Shown one piece after another: positions 1 to 9,377 of a stretch of DNA of 62,399 nucleotides. The DNA is from Leptospira biflexa. Its GTDB lineage: Bacteria; Spirochaetota; Leptospiria; Turneriellales; DYLW01. The position numbers and the translations under genes are program-made. The stretch is taken from contig DYLW01000013.1 in assembly GCA_020721865.1 (NCBI GenBank), positions 1 through 62,399 on the forward strand. The letters run 5' to 3'. How positions within the stretch are numbered: position 1 is the first letter of the stretch; each line of letters begins with the position of its first letter. The notes under the pieces are model-generated. The model did no database searches. It had not been told where the DNA came from and was given only the letters and a program-made list of their open reading frames with translations.

Positions 1-420
1 ATAAATTTCTCGGAAGTAAACTGACTTCCTTGATCCGTGTTAAATATCGCAGGAAATTCCAGGCAAGTTACATTGTTCCGTTATTGTCAGCATTTTTATG
101 TCCTTTTCTATAAGTTTGGTTCTGTCCCGTATATTTGCCGATATTTTTTTTTTAGGAATTCTTTCTCTATTTGGAGTTTGCCGATTTGACTGTACAGATT
201 ATCAAGCTTTTCATCATTTTCATTTATATCTTTTTTCTTGTTCTCTTTATCAAAGGCACTGGACGCTCCTTCTACGAGTTTTTTCTTCCAGAGGTTAATC
301 TGTTTGGATGGACCTCTGCGTCTGGGCCAGTTCCTGAATTGTTTTTTCTCCTTTTTACCTTTTTACAAAGAAGAACCCTTGTCCAACATAAATCCGGTTC
401 TGATTTATGGGCTCACTATA
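1..420 (-). mobile_element. Degenerate IS3-family insertion sequence (frameshifted orfA plus internally deleted orfB), cut by the window edge
   Basis: Manual minus-strand translation across several frameshifts gives orfA-like KGEK-TIQELAQ..EVHP.QINLWKKKLVEGASSAF..LDNLYSQIGKLQIEKEFLKKKYRQIYGTEPNL*, with an A10 slippery run (T-run 144-153). The orfB start RDRTKLIEKDIKMLTITEQCNLPGIS is joined almost directly to the catalytic-core motif PAIFNTDQGSQFTSEKF. The element end near 395-420 is approximate. Confidence 0.85.
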
Positions 421-425
421 GTTAC

Positions 426-2006
426 TTAAAAGCGGAAAGCAACGGTTCCTTTTATAAACGCCCCATGGCGGTCTTCTGCGTTAGCGGCATATTCCACACC
501 AATTTCTTCCTTGAAGATGAGCCTGTTTTTGAACATCTGACGAGAAAAAAATGCCCCAATATGGGAATTGGAGCGGTATCCGGAGAAAGCATTCCCTTTG
601 GTCGCTTTTGTGATATCCAGCCCAAAAAAGCCCTGGCCATTCCCAAAAGCAGTGGGAGAAGTGTCATTCAGATCAATCATATAGAGGCGTTCCTTGAGAT
701 AACCACCAAAGGTAATCACCGGCCGGATGGAGGGGCGTAGCTTTCCGTATTCCAGACCCAGGGCAAAATCATAATATCCTATATAATGGCCCAGATTTTC
801 ACCTGCACTCACTTCATACTCGGTTATGAAAAGCTCATTGGCAGCGATGGAAAGCAATACCTCAAAGGGTTTTTCATCGGCACCGGGAATGGCTTTTTGC
901 CTTTTCCACAGCTTGGCACTGGTGCGGTATTCCAGCTCAAACAGAGAGCGGTCAATTTCATTTTTTTTGGGACCACTGCTTTTATCCCGGAAAAGGTATT
1001 TATTATACACTTTCAGGGAAAAATCCCCAATTACGCTGCGGCTGCCAATCAAAAGGCCAAATTTGGTGTCTGTCACCATATCATAATCCCGGTTGGAAAT
1101 AAAGGTGTTATAGCGGGGGGTAGCGTCCGAACCAAGGTCTGCCTGTGTGAATAATACACCAAAACCATAGTAATTATCTTTATGATTATACGTCAGGTTG
1201 AATTCTTCCTGTCCATACAGAATGGAGGGATTCAGCAACCCAAAATCCGGAGTACCCAAAGAAATGAAAATGTTAAACTCATCGCCGGGCTGGAAAAGCA
1301 CATAAAAATCCATGGGAATTTTTACCCGGCTGGAATCCACCATGTAGTTGGCCAGTTTGCCGGATTTGTAAATGGCCAGGGTCTCATGAACATTATATCC
1401 GATTTCTGTGTTATAGATATTTTTTCTCTCCGTGCAACTTCCGGCTGCATCACCACCATCAGGATATTTCCCGTTTTTGTCCTTGCGGGTTTGCAGCTCC
1501 AGAATTCTTTCTTCCGAGGCTTTCCGGTACGCATCCGGCAACCACTGGGGAACATCCGCATTAAACCGGTCCATCTCCAGTACTTTCTCCCCTTCCAAAA
1601 TGGCTTCCTCATAGGCCCCGGTCTGGTATAACAGTCGTCCCAGATTCTGTCGGGGTAAAATGAAATGGGGATTACGTTCCACAGATTTTTTATAGGCCGC
1701 CACCGCTTCCGGCAGCTTCCCCATCATTTCATAGGAATAGGCCAGGTTATGGTACGCAATGGCCGATTGCTCATCTATGATCCGGGATGCTGCGATAAAT
1801 TTACCTTCGGATTCCTCATAAAGTTGCTTCTTTCCGGAGTAAACCCCTTCCCGGATGAGCGTATCCGCACTTTTCTCCTTTGCAGAGGAAGAGTTTTGGA
1901 ATGCATCCTTCCGGTCAGGTTTCTTTTCCTGAGCGGGAATTCCCGTTGTTATGAGAAGAGATATAAAAATGGCAGAAACGGAAAAATTAGAAGATAACCG
2001 GGTCAT
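426..2006 (-). CDS. Secreted TPR-repeat protein with a probable C-terminal outer-membrane beta-barrel
   Basis: Signal peptide, TPR motifs (AIAYHNLAYSYEMMGKLPEAVAAYKKSVERNP; NLGRLLYQTGAYEEAI), an aromatic/Gly-rich beta-strand C-terminal half, and a terminal Phe (VAFRF). Confidence 0.75.
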   Translation of the reverse strand: MTRLSSNFSVSAIFISLLITTGIPAQEKKPDRKDAFQNSSSAKEKSADTLIREGVYSGKKQLYEESEGKFIAASRIIDEQSAIAYHNLAYSYEMMGKLPEAVAAYKKSVERNPHFILPRQNLGRLLYQTGAYEEAILEGEKVLEMDRFNADVPQWLPDAYRKASEERILELQTRKDKNGKYPDGGDAAGSCTERKNIYNTEIGYNVHETLAIYKSGKLANYMVDSSRVKIPMDFYVLFQPGDEFNIFISLGTPDFGLLNPSILYGQEEFNLTYNHKDNYYGFGVLFTQADLGSDATPRYNTFISNRDYDMVTDTKFGLLIGSRSVIGDFSLKVYNKYLFRDKSSGPKKNEIDRSLFELEYRTSAKLWKRQKAIPGADEKPFEVLLSIAANELFITEYEVSAGENLGHYIGYYDFALGLEYGKLRPSIRPVITFGGYLKERLYMIDLNDTSPTAFGNGQGFFGLDITKATKGNAFSGYRSNSHIGAFFSRQMFKNRLIFKEEIGVEYAANAEDRHGAFIKGTVAFRF

Positions 2007-2045
2007 ATTATAGTATCGTTTGTTTCTGTCTCATTTTAGCAATAA

Positions 2046-2390
2046 TTATTTTAAGTTTTTTATGGCCGATTTTATTTCCTCCAGTTTTGCCTTCATCAAT
2101 TCAGGGTCGCCTCCGGAATCCAGGGATTTTTTAATCTCTTCCAATGCGTTTTTTATGGGGGAGGTTGTGGAATAAATCTCCTCCAGGTGGCTACGGATGG
2201 CCTCCCCGATGGTTTCCGGTATGGAGCCATCGGGGGATTGTTTTTTTTCTTTCCCCTGGGAAAGAAAATCTCCCAGGGAGGTTTCCAAATGCTCCGTTAT
2301 TGCATTCCTTTTTTTGTTTAAATTCTCCGCCGTTTCCGCAAAAATCCGGAAACCGTTCTGAAAAATATCTCCCAGGGAGTCTTTCATCAT
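2046..2390 (-). CDS. Small helical hypothetical protein (phasin-like character), translationally coupled to the MCP
   Basis: 114-aa amphipathic helical ORF whose start overlaps the MCP stop (TAATG at ~2388-2392). Confidence 0.65.
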   Translation of the reverse strand: MMKDSLGDIFQNGFRIFAETAENLNKKRNAITEHLETSLGDFLSQGKEKKQSPDGSIPETIGEAIRSHLEEIYSTTSPIKNALEEIKKSLDSGGDPELMKAKLEEIKSAIKNLK

Positions 2391-4768
2391 TAAAACCTCT
2401 CAAAATCTCCACTGGATTCCGGATCTTTTGCCAGATGATCGCTATGGACATCGTGAGGATTCTTATGGTCATGGGGAGCAACGGCTGGTTTTTTGATGTC
2501 CTTTGCTTTCTGGGCGGATGCAGCATGGAAGACATTTTGGGATTTATCTTTCTCTTTTTTCGTGGCCACCATCCGGGACTGTATCTGGTTTTCTTTGATG
2601 CGGAAGAAGCTCACCATCTGCTTAAGAGCTTCCGCCTGACCGGTCATCTCTTCTGCGGTGGATGCCAGCTCTTCGCTGGAAGCCGCATTGGTCTGGGTCA
2701 CGGTATCCAGTTGACCCATAGCTTCGTTGATCTGCTGCACGCCAGCGTTCTGCTCTTCGGATGCGGAGGTGATTTCCTGTACCAGATCCGCTGTTTTCTG
2801 GATGGCGGGAACAATCTCATTCAGGAGTTTCCCTGCCTTCTCTGCGATCTGGACACTGTTGCCGGCCAGATCTCCAATCTCCTGGGCGGCCTTCTGGCTT
2901 CTTTCTGCCAGCTTTCTCACTTCTGTGGCCACCACGGCAAACCCTTTCCCCTGTTCCCCGGCACGGGCGGCCTCAATGGCCGCGTTCAGGGCAAGCAGGT
3001 TAGTCTGGTATGCAATCTCTTCAATTATGTTAATTTTTTCGGCTATGGATTTCATGGCCGCCACGGTTTCTGTCACCGCTTTTCCGCCTTCGTCTGCATC
3101 CGTGGATGTTTTCTTGGCGATATCATTGGTCATTTTTGCATTTTCTGTGTTTTGTTTGATATTAGCTTCCATCTCTTCCAGGCTGGCACTGGTTTCTTCC
3201 ACGCTGGATGCCTGCTCATTGGCCCCCTGGCTCAGGTTCTGGGCGGTACTGCTCACCTGATTGGAAGCATCGGCAAGAGCATCTGCATTGGTCAGAACAT
3301 CCCCCATTACCTGGGAGAGTCTCTCCATGGTATTGTTGGAAGACTGTTTCAACTGATCAAATGTTCCCCGGTAATCGTTGATTATCCGGTCGGTGAGATC
3401 GCCGGCTTCCATGGCGGACAGAATGCGCACCACTTCTGCCAGACTAGCGTTGATTACTTCCATTAAATCATTCATGCCTTTGCCCATATTGTAGATGAAC
3501 TGGTCATCCACACCGGCCAGATCCACTCTCTTTTTGAAATCCCCGTCCAAGGCGGCCTGGACAATGCCTTCAATTTCCTTCTGCAGTTTTAACCGGAGGG
3601 TAATATTGGTCCATTCCACCGCAGAGCCCAGGCGTTTTCCTTTTTCATCAATCACCGGATTTGCCACCAGATCAAAAGTCTGGTTCCCGATTTCAATCCG
3701 GGAACTGTGGGTTGTACTGAAAGAGGAAAGGATTCTTTCCTGGTGGGCAGGATTCCGGTGGAATTCTCCCATGTTTTTTCCTATAATGGCACTGGCATCA
3801 AAATTGGGGAGAGCCTTACGGATTTCCATCTGGGCATTCTGGAACATTTTCTGAATGGCTTTATTCGCGTAGATTATTTTAAACTGATCGTCCGCCATCA
3901 TGATATTGGTGGACACATTATCCAGAGCCACTTTGAGACGCAGAGCATCGCCCAGATTCTCTTTTAGTTTCTGCTGGGTATCCTTTAGCGACTGCAACAG
4001 AATTCCCATCTCATCCTTCCGGTGCACGTCAATTTCATTATCCAGTTTCCCCTGCCCAATGAATCCAAAAAGATTGATGACCTGCCCCAGAGGACCGGTG
4101 ATCCCCCGGACAATCGCAATGGAGAAAAGGGTAGAGATGACCAAAGAGGACAGAACAAGGATAATGAAAAGCATTAAAGTAAATGAATAACTGGATTGCG
4201 AATCCTTGTATTCCTTCTCTGAATATTTTCTCTGGTATTCCACCAGATTCATGTGAGATGTTTTTAAGTCTTCAAAATATCCGGCCATTTCTTTGGAAAA
4301 AGCAAAATGATTTGCCTCTTCGTAATTCCCTTCCCGGATGTAACGTATTATCACATCAATGCCTTTTCCCCGGTAATCACCCATGGCTTTTTCAAATTTG
4401 GCTATTAATTTATTCTCTTCTTCTGTCGTAACTGTCGCGGTATATTTTTTCCACCATCCCATCGCCTCCTTTTTGTATTGTTCAATTTTTTCCAGGTGGA
4501 CATTGACACTGTGATCCGCGTGGTATACACTGGTATATAGCTTTGGATCATGGGCCAGTGCTTTATTCGCTTCAATATACGTTGCATTAAACCGATACTG
4601 AATCTCTAAGAGGAACGTAATGGGCTCCAATCTGTCCTTGAATGTACTTTCAATGCTTTGGTTCAAGCCTCTCATACTATAGATGCCAATGATACTGAGA
4701 ATCAGCAAAAAAAGGGAGATCGTACCCACCAGTAAAGACAGACGTGCAGATATTTTCATGTTGTTCAT
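2390..4768 (-). CDS. Methyl-accepting chemotaxis protein (TM-4HB sensor-TM-HAMP-PAS-HAMP-signalling domain)
   Basis: Two TM helices, HAMP (RKDEMGILL), PAS ([13 protein letters not shown]...EFHRNPAHQ...VEWTNIT), the signalling hairpin [40 protein letters not shown], and C-terminal DFERF. Confidence 0.96.
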   Translation of the reverse strand: MNNMKISARLSLLVGTISLFLLILSIIGIYSMRGLNQSIESTFKDRLEPITFLLEIQYRFNATYIEANKALAHDPKLYTSVYHADHSVNVHLEKIEQYKKEAMGWWKKYTATVTTEEENKLIAKFEKAMGDYRGKGIDVIIRYIREGNYEEANHFAFSKEMAGYFEDLKTSHMNLVEYQRKYSEKEYKDSQSSYSFTLMLFIILVLSSLVISTLFSIAIVRGITGPLGQVINLFGFIGQGKLDNEIDVHRKDEMGILLQSLKDTQQKLKENLGDALRLKVALDNVSTNIMMADDQFKIIYANKAIQKMFQNAQMEIRKALPNFDASAIIGKNMGEFHRNPAHQERILSSFSTTHSSRIEIGNQTFDLVANPVIDEKGKRLGSAVEWTNITLRLKLQKEIEGIVQAALDGDFKKRVDLAGVDDQFIYNMGKGMNDLMEVINASLAEVVRILSAMEAGDLTDRIINDYRGTFDQLKQSSNNTMERLSQVMGDVLTNADALADASNQVSSTAQNLSQGANEQASSVEETSASLEEMEANIKQNTENAKMTNDIAKKTSTDADEGGKAVTETVAAMKSIAEKINIIEEIAYQTNLLALNAAIEAARAGEQGKGFAVVATEVRKLAERSQKAAQEIGDLAGNSVQIAEKAGKLLNEIVPAIQKTADLVQEITSASEEQNAGVQQINEAMGQLDTVTQTNAASSEELASTAEEMTGQAEALKQMVSFFRIKENQIQSRMVATKKEKDKSQNVFHAASAQKAKDIKKPAVAPHDHKNPHDVHSDHLAKDPESSGDFERF

Positions 4769-4883
4769 TTTTTTCTCCGGTACTTATTTCACTGGTGTTG
4801 CTACGAATTCCACCGGCGTGTTGTCAAGATAATTATCTGTTTTTTTATTGCCAATCCCGGATAGATAAAGAATATATCGCAAA

Positions 4884-5876
4884 ATGATTCCGGATGTTTG
4901 TATTTATGACAGAAGGGAAAAGAGCGGGAATCTCCTGCTTTCTGTTTTCCGGCATCTGGAATTCCATGCCCGTCTGGTAACAGAAGAAAATGACCTTTTC
5001 CGGGAGCGTTTCCAGATTCTGGTCACGGAAATTAACGATGATCCGCTTTTTGGCCGCTTGAAAGTACAAAATCCGGGGCTGAAAATTCTTCTATTTTCCA
5101 ATTTTTCCCGTGATCCGTACATTGAAAAACTGTATGAATCCGGCATTGAGATGGCTTTAACAAAATCCTATAAACTGAATGATATTGTGGGAATGACAAA
5201 AAATGCAGCCATGGGCAAAGAAGCCGAATCTCTTCTGGGTTTAAAAAAATATTTTATTGGTGATCCCGCCGGTGACCAAAATGAACAAATGGAAGCCCTC
5301 TGTGCGTATTCCCAAAGAGCGTATTCCGGTGACCAGAAAACAGTGGCATCGGCTATGTTTGCTGATTTTAATAAATTTTATAGCTCTTCTGATCTTCAGA
5401 AGTGGATCCCGGATCCGGACATGCTGCATATCGCGGTCAGCGAGCTGATTGACAACGCTGTACGGGCACAGTTGGTTTCCGGGCGGGACAATCTGGATAT
5501 CTCCATGGAAATTGGCTGTGATTCGGAGAAAATCGGGATTTCCATCTATAACGATGGGAAACCGCCGGATAAAGTATCTCTTTTTTCCAGCCTCAACAGA
5601 AAGATGAAATTGACCCACTCCAATTCTTCCCCGGTTTCCCGGGAAAATATTGATAAATATGTAAACGACCACTATCTGGGGGAAAGTGGAAGGGGTTTTT
5701 ATATCATCCAGAAAGGAGTCCACCTTCTGTCCATCATGCTGATTGAAGATCAGAAAAAAGAAGAAAATCCCAATCTGTTTGAGGCCAGCATTTTATTATA
5801 TTTGTCCCGCCATCGGAAAGAGGTACAGGAAGGGCAGGGGAAGACTCAAGGGAATTATATGGTATTAACATTATGA
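4884..5876 (+). CDS. Receiver-like domain plus GHKL (HATPase_c) domain protein, RsbW/anti-sigma-factor kinase-like
   Basis: N-terminal CheY-like pattern. C-terminal N-box AVSELIDNAV, YNDG and G2-box GESGRGFYII. No His-box dimerisation domain. Confidence 0.7.
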   Translation: MIPDVCIYDRREKSGNLLLSVFRHLEFHARLVTEENDLFRERFQILVTEINDDPLFGRLKVQNPGLKILLFSNFSRDPYIEKLYESGIEMALTKSYKLNDIVGMTKNAAMGKEAESLLGLKKYFIGDPAGDQNEQMEALCAYSQRAYSGDQKTVASAMFADFNKFYSSSDLQKWIPDPDMLHIAVSELIDNAVRAQLVSGRDNLDISMEIGCDSEKIGISIYNDGKPPDKVSLFSSLNRKMKLTHSNSSPVSRENIDKYVNDHYLGESGRGFYIIQKGVHLLSIMLIEDQKKEENPNLFEASILLYLSRHRKEVQEGQGKTQGNYMVLTL

Positions 5877-7222
5877 AAGCAAAAGATTTTGGAAACAATT
5901 TTTTATGGGGATTTGCCACATCGGCCGCACAGATTGAGGGAGCCTGGGACAAGGATGGTCGCCAGCCGTCCATCTGGGATACATTCGCCCGGAAAAAAAA
6001 GCTGAACGGAAAACACCGGGATAATCCATACATTGCCTGCGATCATGTAAACCGCTATTCGGACGATGTGAAAATGCTGCACCATCTGGGAGTGAATTCT
6101 TACCGTTATTCCATTTCCTGGAGCCGGGTTCTGGAATACGATTCCCGTGGGTTATCCTTCAAAATTAATCAGCGTGGTATGGATTTCTACCGCAAACTTT
6201 CTGATAAATTGCACAAAAACGGTATACGCCCTTTTGTGACTCTCTACCATTGGGATCTTCCGCAAATTCTGCAGGATCGGGGAGGCTGGACCAACCGCGA
6301 TATTATTTCCCTTTTCCGGGAATATGCCTCTGCCGTCACCGACCATCTGTCCCCAACGGTGAAGGACTGGATTGTACTGAACGAGCCCATCATGTTCACG
6401 CTCCTGGGTTACGGCATTGGTGTGCACGCACCGGGAAAAAAAGGGGTAAAAAATCTTCTGAAATCCATACACCATGCTAATCTGGCCCAGGCCATGGCTG
6501 CTGCGGATATTAAGAAAAATTTTCCCCGGTCACGGGTGGGGACATCCAATGCCATTATTGATATCCAGCCTTTTCGGGAAGATCACAAGGGGGATATCCT
6601 TTCCGCAGACAGATACCACGCCCTTTTTTCCCGTGCGTTTGTGGAGCCATACCTGGGGATGGGATACCCCACGGAGAAATTCCCCATGCTGCAGAAAATA
6701 GAAAAGTATTTCCGGGAGGGGGATGACTGGAACATCCAGTTTCATTTTGATTTCTGGGGAGTGAACCATTATTCCCGTAATCGCATTAAAAGCAACCGAT
6801 GGATCCCTTACGTGAAAGGTAGAATCCTGCCTCCGCCTTCCGGAGCGGAAACCACCCAAATGGGCTGGGAGGTATATCCTCAAGGAATGTATAATATTTT
6901 AAAATGGATGAGTTCCTACCGTGGGGTCAAAAATATCATGATCACGGAAAACGGTGCGGCCATGGAAGACGTTCCGGAAGGGGGCAGGGTGCATGACCCC
7001 CGGCGGATTGAATACTATAAGGCATATCTATCGTCCGCCCTGAAAGCAAAAAAAGAAGGTGTTCCCCTGACCGGTTATTTTGCCTGGAGCTTTCTGGATA
7101 ACTTTGAATGGGCGGAAGGTTACCGCCCGCGTTTTGGCATGGTCTATGTGGATTATCCCAGCGGGGAAAGAATCCCCAAAGACAGTGCTCTCTGGTACCG
7201 GGATTTTATTGCCGGAAAGTAA
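5873..7222 (+). CDS. GH1 beta-glucosidase
   Basis: FLWGFATSAAQIEG, YRYSISWSR, TLYHWDLPQ, acid/base LNEP, nucleophile ITENG, and WSFLDNFEWAEGY. Confidence 0.96.
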   Translation: MKAKDFGNNFLWGFATSAAQIEGAWDKDGRQPSIWDTFARKKKLNGKHRDNPYIACDHVNRYSDDVKMLHHLGVNSYRYSISWSRVLEYDSRGLSFKINQRGMDFYRKLSDKLHKNGIRPFVTLYHWDLPQILQDRGGWTNRDIISLFREYASAVTDHLSPTVKDWIVLNEPIMFTLLGYGIGVHAPGKKGVKNLLKSIHHANLAQAMAAADIKKNFPRSRVGTSNAIIDIQPFREDHKGDILSADRYHALFSRAFVEPYLGMGYPTEKFPMLQKIEKYFREGDDWNIQFHFDFWGVNHYSRNRIKSNRWIPYVKGRILPPPSGAETTQMGWEVYPQGMYNILKWMSSYRGVKNIMITENGAAMEDVPEGGRVHDPRRIEYYKAYLSSALKAKKEGVPLTGYFAWSFLDNFEWAEGYRPRFGMVYVDYPSGERIPKDSALWYRDFIAGK

Positions 7223-7224
7223 CG

Positions 7225-8118
7225 TCATTTCTGCCCCAGAAGTCCATGGAACCACTGGTTTAATTTCTCATCCCATGCCTTTTTTGTTTCCACTGCCTTT
7301 TGCAGAAGATAATCCGGGTCACGCATTTTTTCCAGTTCATCCAGAAATTTTTCCGCTTCTATGATCTTTTTCTCAAATTCATCCAGAATGCTTTTTACGG
7401 CATCCGAATTTTTATTATCAAAATCGGCAAACTGGTATTCAATGATGTCATCCCGGATTTTCCCTTTGGTAAGGAGATGCCATTCTACTTCAAAATATTT
7501 CTGGATCAGGGAAAATCGTCCTTCTTTTTCCAGCCGACGGATGCTCACGGTGAGGTAGACATCCTCCAGCATCCGGAAACACGCAATTTTTGCGGCACGG
7601 GATACCAGATCATGGTCCTCCGCCAGTTTGAGAGTCTCATCAAATCCGCCAATTTTATCAAAGATTTCCTTCCTTATAAAAATAGCAAAACCGGCGGCAT
7701 GGGGATCCAGATACTGGTTGATCCGCACGGAGAGATTGGCAAAATGAAACATGATTTTATCCAGACGCAGATCGGATTCCGGACGGAATTCACAGGTGGC
7801 AATTCCCAGATTTTTTCTTTTCATTTCTGCAAGGGCTTTTTCCAGAAAAAAATCTGGGAGGATCACATCGGCGTCAAAGAAAAACAGATATTCCCCGCTG
7901 GCCACTTCGCTTCCCCGGTTTCTGCCCGGGCCCGGCATTCCGCCGTCCACAACCCGGACACCATAACTTTCTGCAATGGAGCGGGTGGCGTCTTTGCTGC
8001 CGGCATCGGCCAATATGACCTCGTAATCCGTGAAGGTCTGTTTCTTAATGGAATCCAATAGTTTGGGAATAAATTTTTCTTCGTTAAGGGCGGGTGTGAT
8101 TATACTGATTGTGGGCAT
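7225..8118 (-). CDS. Glycosyltransferase family 2
   Basis: ISIITPALNEE, DAGSKDAT, RNRG, FFFDAD (DxD) and GGFDETLKLAEDHDL. Confidence 0.93.
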   Translation of the reverse strand: MPTISIITPALNEEKFIPKLLDSIKKQTFTDYEVILADAGSKDATRSIAESYGVRVVDGGMPGPGRNRGSEVASGEYLFFFDADVILPDFFLEKALAEMKRKNLGIATCEFRPESDLRLDKIMFHFANLSVRINQYLDPHAAGFAIFIRKEIFDKIGGFDETLKLAEDHDLVSRAAKIACFRMLEDVYLTVSIRRLEKEGRFSLIQKYFEVEWHLLTKGKIRDDIIEYQFADFDNKNSDAVKSILDEFEKKIIEAEKFLDELEKMRDPDYLLQKAVETKKAWDEKLNQWFHGLLGQK

Positions 8119-8188
8119 AAATTCTCCTTTTGTTTACTTTATAAAAGCCGGATTTATTGTCCAGTCAATTCTTCCTGCCATATAAAGT

Positions 8189-8215
8189 TTGACATCGGGT
8201 TTCCGGATTAAAACT
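8189..8215 (+). promoter_or_regulatory. Possible sigma70 promoter for the tRNA-Cys/tRNA-Leu/tatD unit
   Basis: Perfect TTGACA at 8189-8194, just upstream of the tRNAs. The -10 element (TAAAACT, 8209-8215) is imperfect and its spacing is short. Confidence 0.4.
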
Positions 8216-8223
8216 GGGCTTGT

Positions 8224-8294
8224 GGCGTCGTCGCCAAGTGGTAAGGCAGAGCTCTGCAAAAGCTCCACCGCCGGTTCGAATCCGACCGACGCCT
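8224..8294 (+). tRNA. tRNA-Cys(GCA)
   Basis: Cloverleaf: acceptor GGCGTCG/CGACGCC, D-loop with TGGTAA, anticodon arm GAGCT-CTGCAAA-AGCTC, T-loop TTCGAAT, discriminator U. CCA is not encoded. Confidence 0.97.
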
Positions 8295-8301
8295 TGATTT
8301 A

Positions 8302-8385
8302 GCCCGAATGATGGAATAGGTAGACATACAGGACTTAAAATCCTGGGAGGGAAACCTCGTGCCGGTTCAAGTCCGGCCTCGGGCA
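8302..8385 (+). tRNA. tRNA-Leu(TAA)
   Basis: Acceptor GCCCGAA/CTCGGGC, anticodon arm CAGGA-CTTAAAA-TCCTG, long variable arm GAGG-GAAA-CCTC, T-arm GCCGG-TTCAAGT-CCGGC, discriminator A. CCA is not encoded. Confidence 0.97.
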
Positions 8386-8400
8386 GATTATTCTAACCTT

Positions 8401-9189
8401 ATGATCATAGATTCCCACACCCATATAGATATCACCCTGGAATCCGCTCCGGAGCTGAAAGACACTCTGTTTATAAACGCACGGGAGAATGGCGTTGCCG
8501 CAATGGTGCAGATTGCTGCCCACGTAGATTCCTATGAATACTCCCGGAGTCTGTCCCATTCTCCCACCCCGGTTCCGGTGTTCTATACCATCGGTATGCA
8601 TCCGGGGGAAGCCCATGAATCGGATACGTCCGCGGGTATCCATTTCGCGAGAGAACATAAAGATGATCCAAAATTTATCGGGATTGGAGAAATTGGACTG
8701 GAATACTATTACGCGAAGGAGCATGCACAAATCCAGAAAAAAGTATTCCGGGAATATCTGGATTTGGCTGCCGAATTGGGAAAGCCAGTGGTGATCCATA
8801 GCCGGGACGCTTTTGAGGATACCCTTTCTATTTTGGAATCATACCAGAATGATATAAATATTTTAATCCACTGCTTCACCGGGGATCGGGAGCAGATGGA
8901 AGAATATATGAAAAGAGGTTTTTATATTTCCTTTTCCGGTATACTCACGTTTAAGAACGCAAAAGCCATCCAGGAAGCGGCTCTGCATACTCCTCTGGAT
9001 AAAATTCTCATTGAAACGGATGCCCCCTTTCTGGCCCCCTCTCCCATGCGGGGAAAAACCAACCAGCCAGCCTATCTGTGGCATACCTTTGAATATCTTG
9101 CCAAATTAAGAAACCTTCCCGTCGATGAAATTTCCCTGACCCTTGTGGAAAATACGCTGGCGTTTTACGGGATTCCCTTTCTTCCCTGA
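8401..9189 (+). CDS. tatD: TatD-family DNase/hydrolase
   Basis: MIIDSHTH, GMHP, IGEIGLEY, IHSRDA, HCF and ETDAPFLAP. Start moved to ATG 8401 because the ORF-track start lies inside tRNA-Leu. Confidence 0.95.
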   Translation: MIIDSHTHIDITLESAPELKDTLFINARENGVAAMVQIAAHVDSYEYSRSLSHSPTPVPVFYTIGMHPGEAHESDTSAGIHFAREHKDDPKFIGIGEIGLEYYYAKEHAQIQKKVFREYLDLAAELGKPVVIHSRDAFEDTLSILESYQNDINILIHCFTGDREQMEEYMKRGFYISFSGILTFKNAKAIQEAALHTPLDKILIETDAPFLAPSPMRGKTNQPAYLWHTFEYLAKLRNLPVDEISLTLVENTLAFYGIPFLP

Positions 9190-9328
9190 ACGGATTTTTG
9201 AATCGCAAAATGGCCGCTTCGCCGGTATTTATTCCGGTAAGCATTTTTTTAATCCAGAAAGCATAACACAGATCTTAGAAGACGGAGAGGAGGGGGATTA
9301 TCAAAGCTCTGGATTTTGCCTATATAAC

Positions 9329-9350
9329 AAAAAAACCCCTTGCGGGGTCT
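9329..9350 (-). terminator. Rho-independent terminator of fcpA
   Basis: Minus strand GACCCC-GCAA-GGGGTT followed by a U-run, ~30 nt after the fcpA stop. Confidence 0.85.
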
Positions 9351-9377
9351 TCTTGATTGTCTAAAGAATTTTACGTC

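Noticed and set aside
98-740. Plus-strand ORFs 98-298, 171-740 and 238-429
   Set aside because: Antisense to the IS3 relic and the TPR gene, Phe-rich with no motifs.
2013-2038. Sigma28-like TAAA...AACGATAC upstream of the TPR gene
   Set aside because: Spacing (14 nt) and the -10 match are off-consensus, so it is too weak to call.
2144-3466. 440-aa plus-strand ORF
   Set aside because: Antisense shadow of the MCP signalling domain.
8224-8400. tRNA pair as a prophage or island integration site
   Set aside because: Followed directly by tatD. I saw no integrase or duplicated tRNA 3' end in the window.
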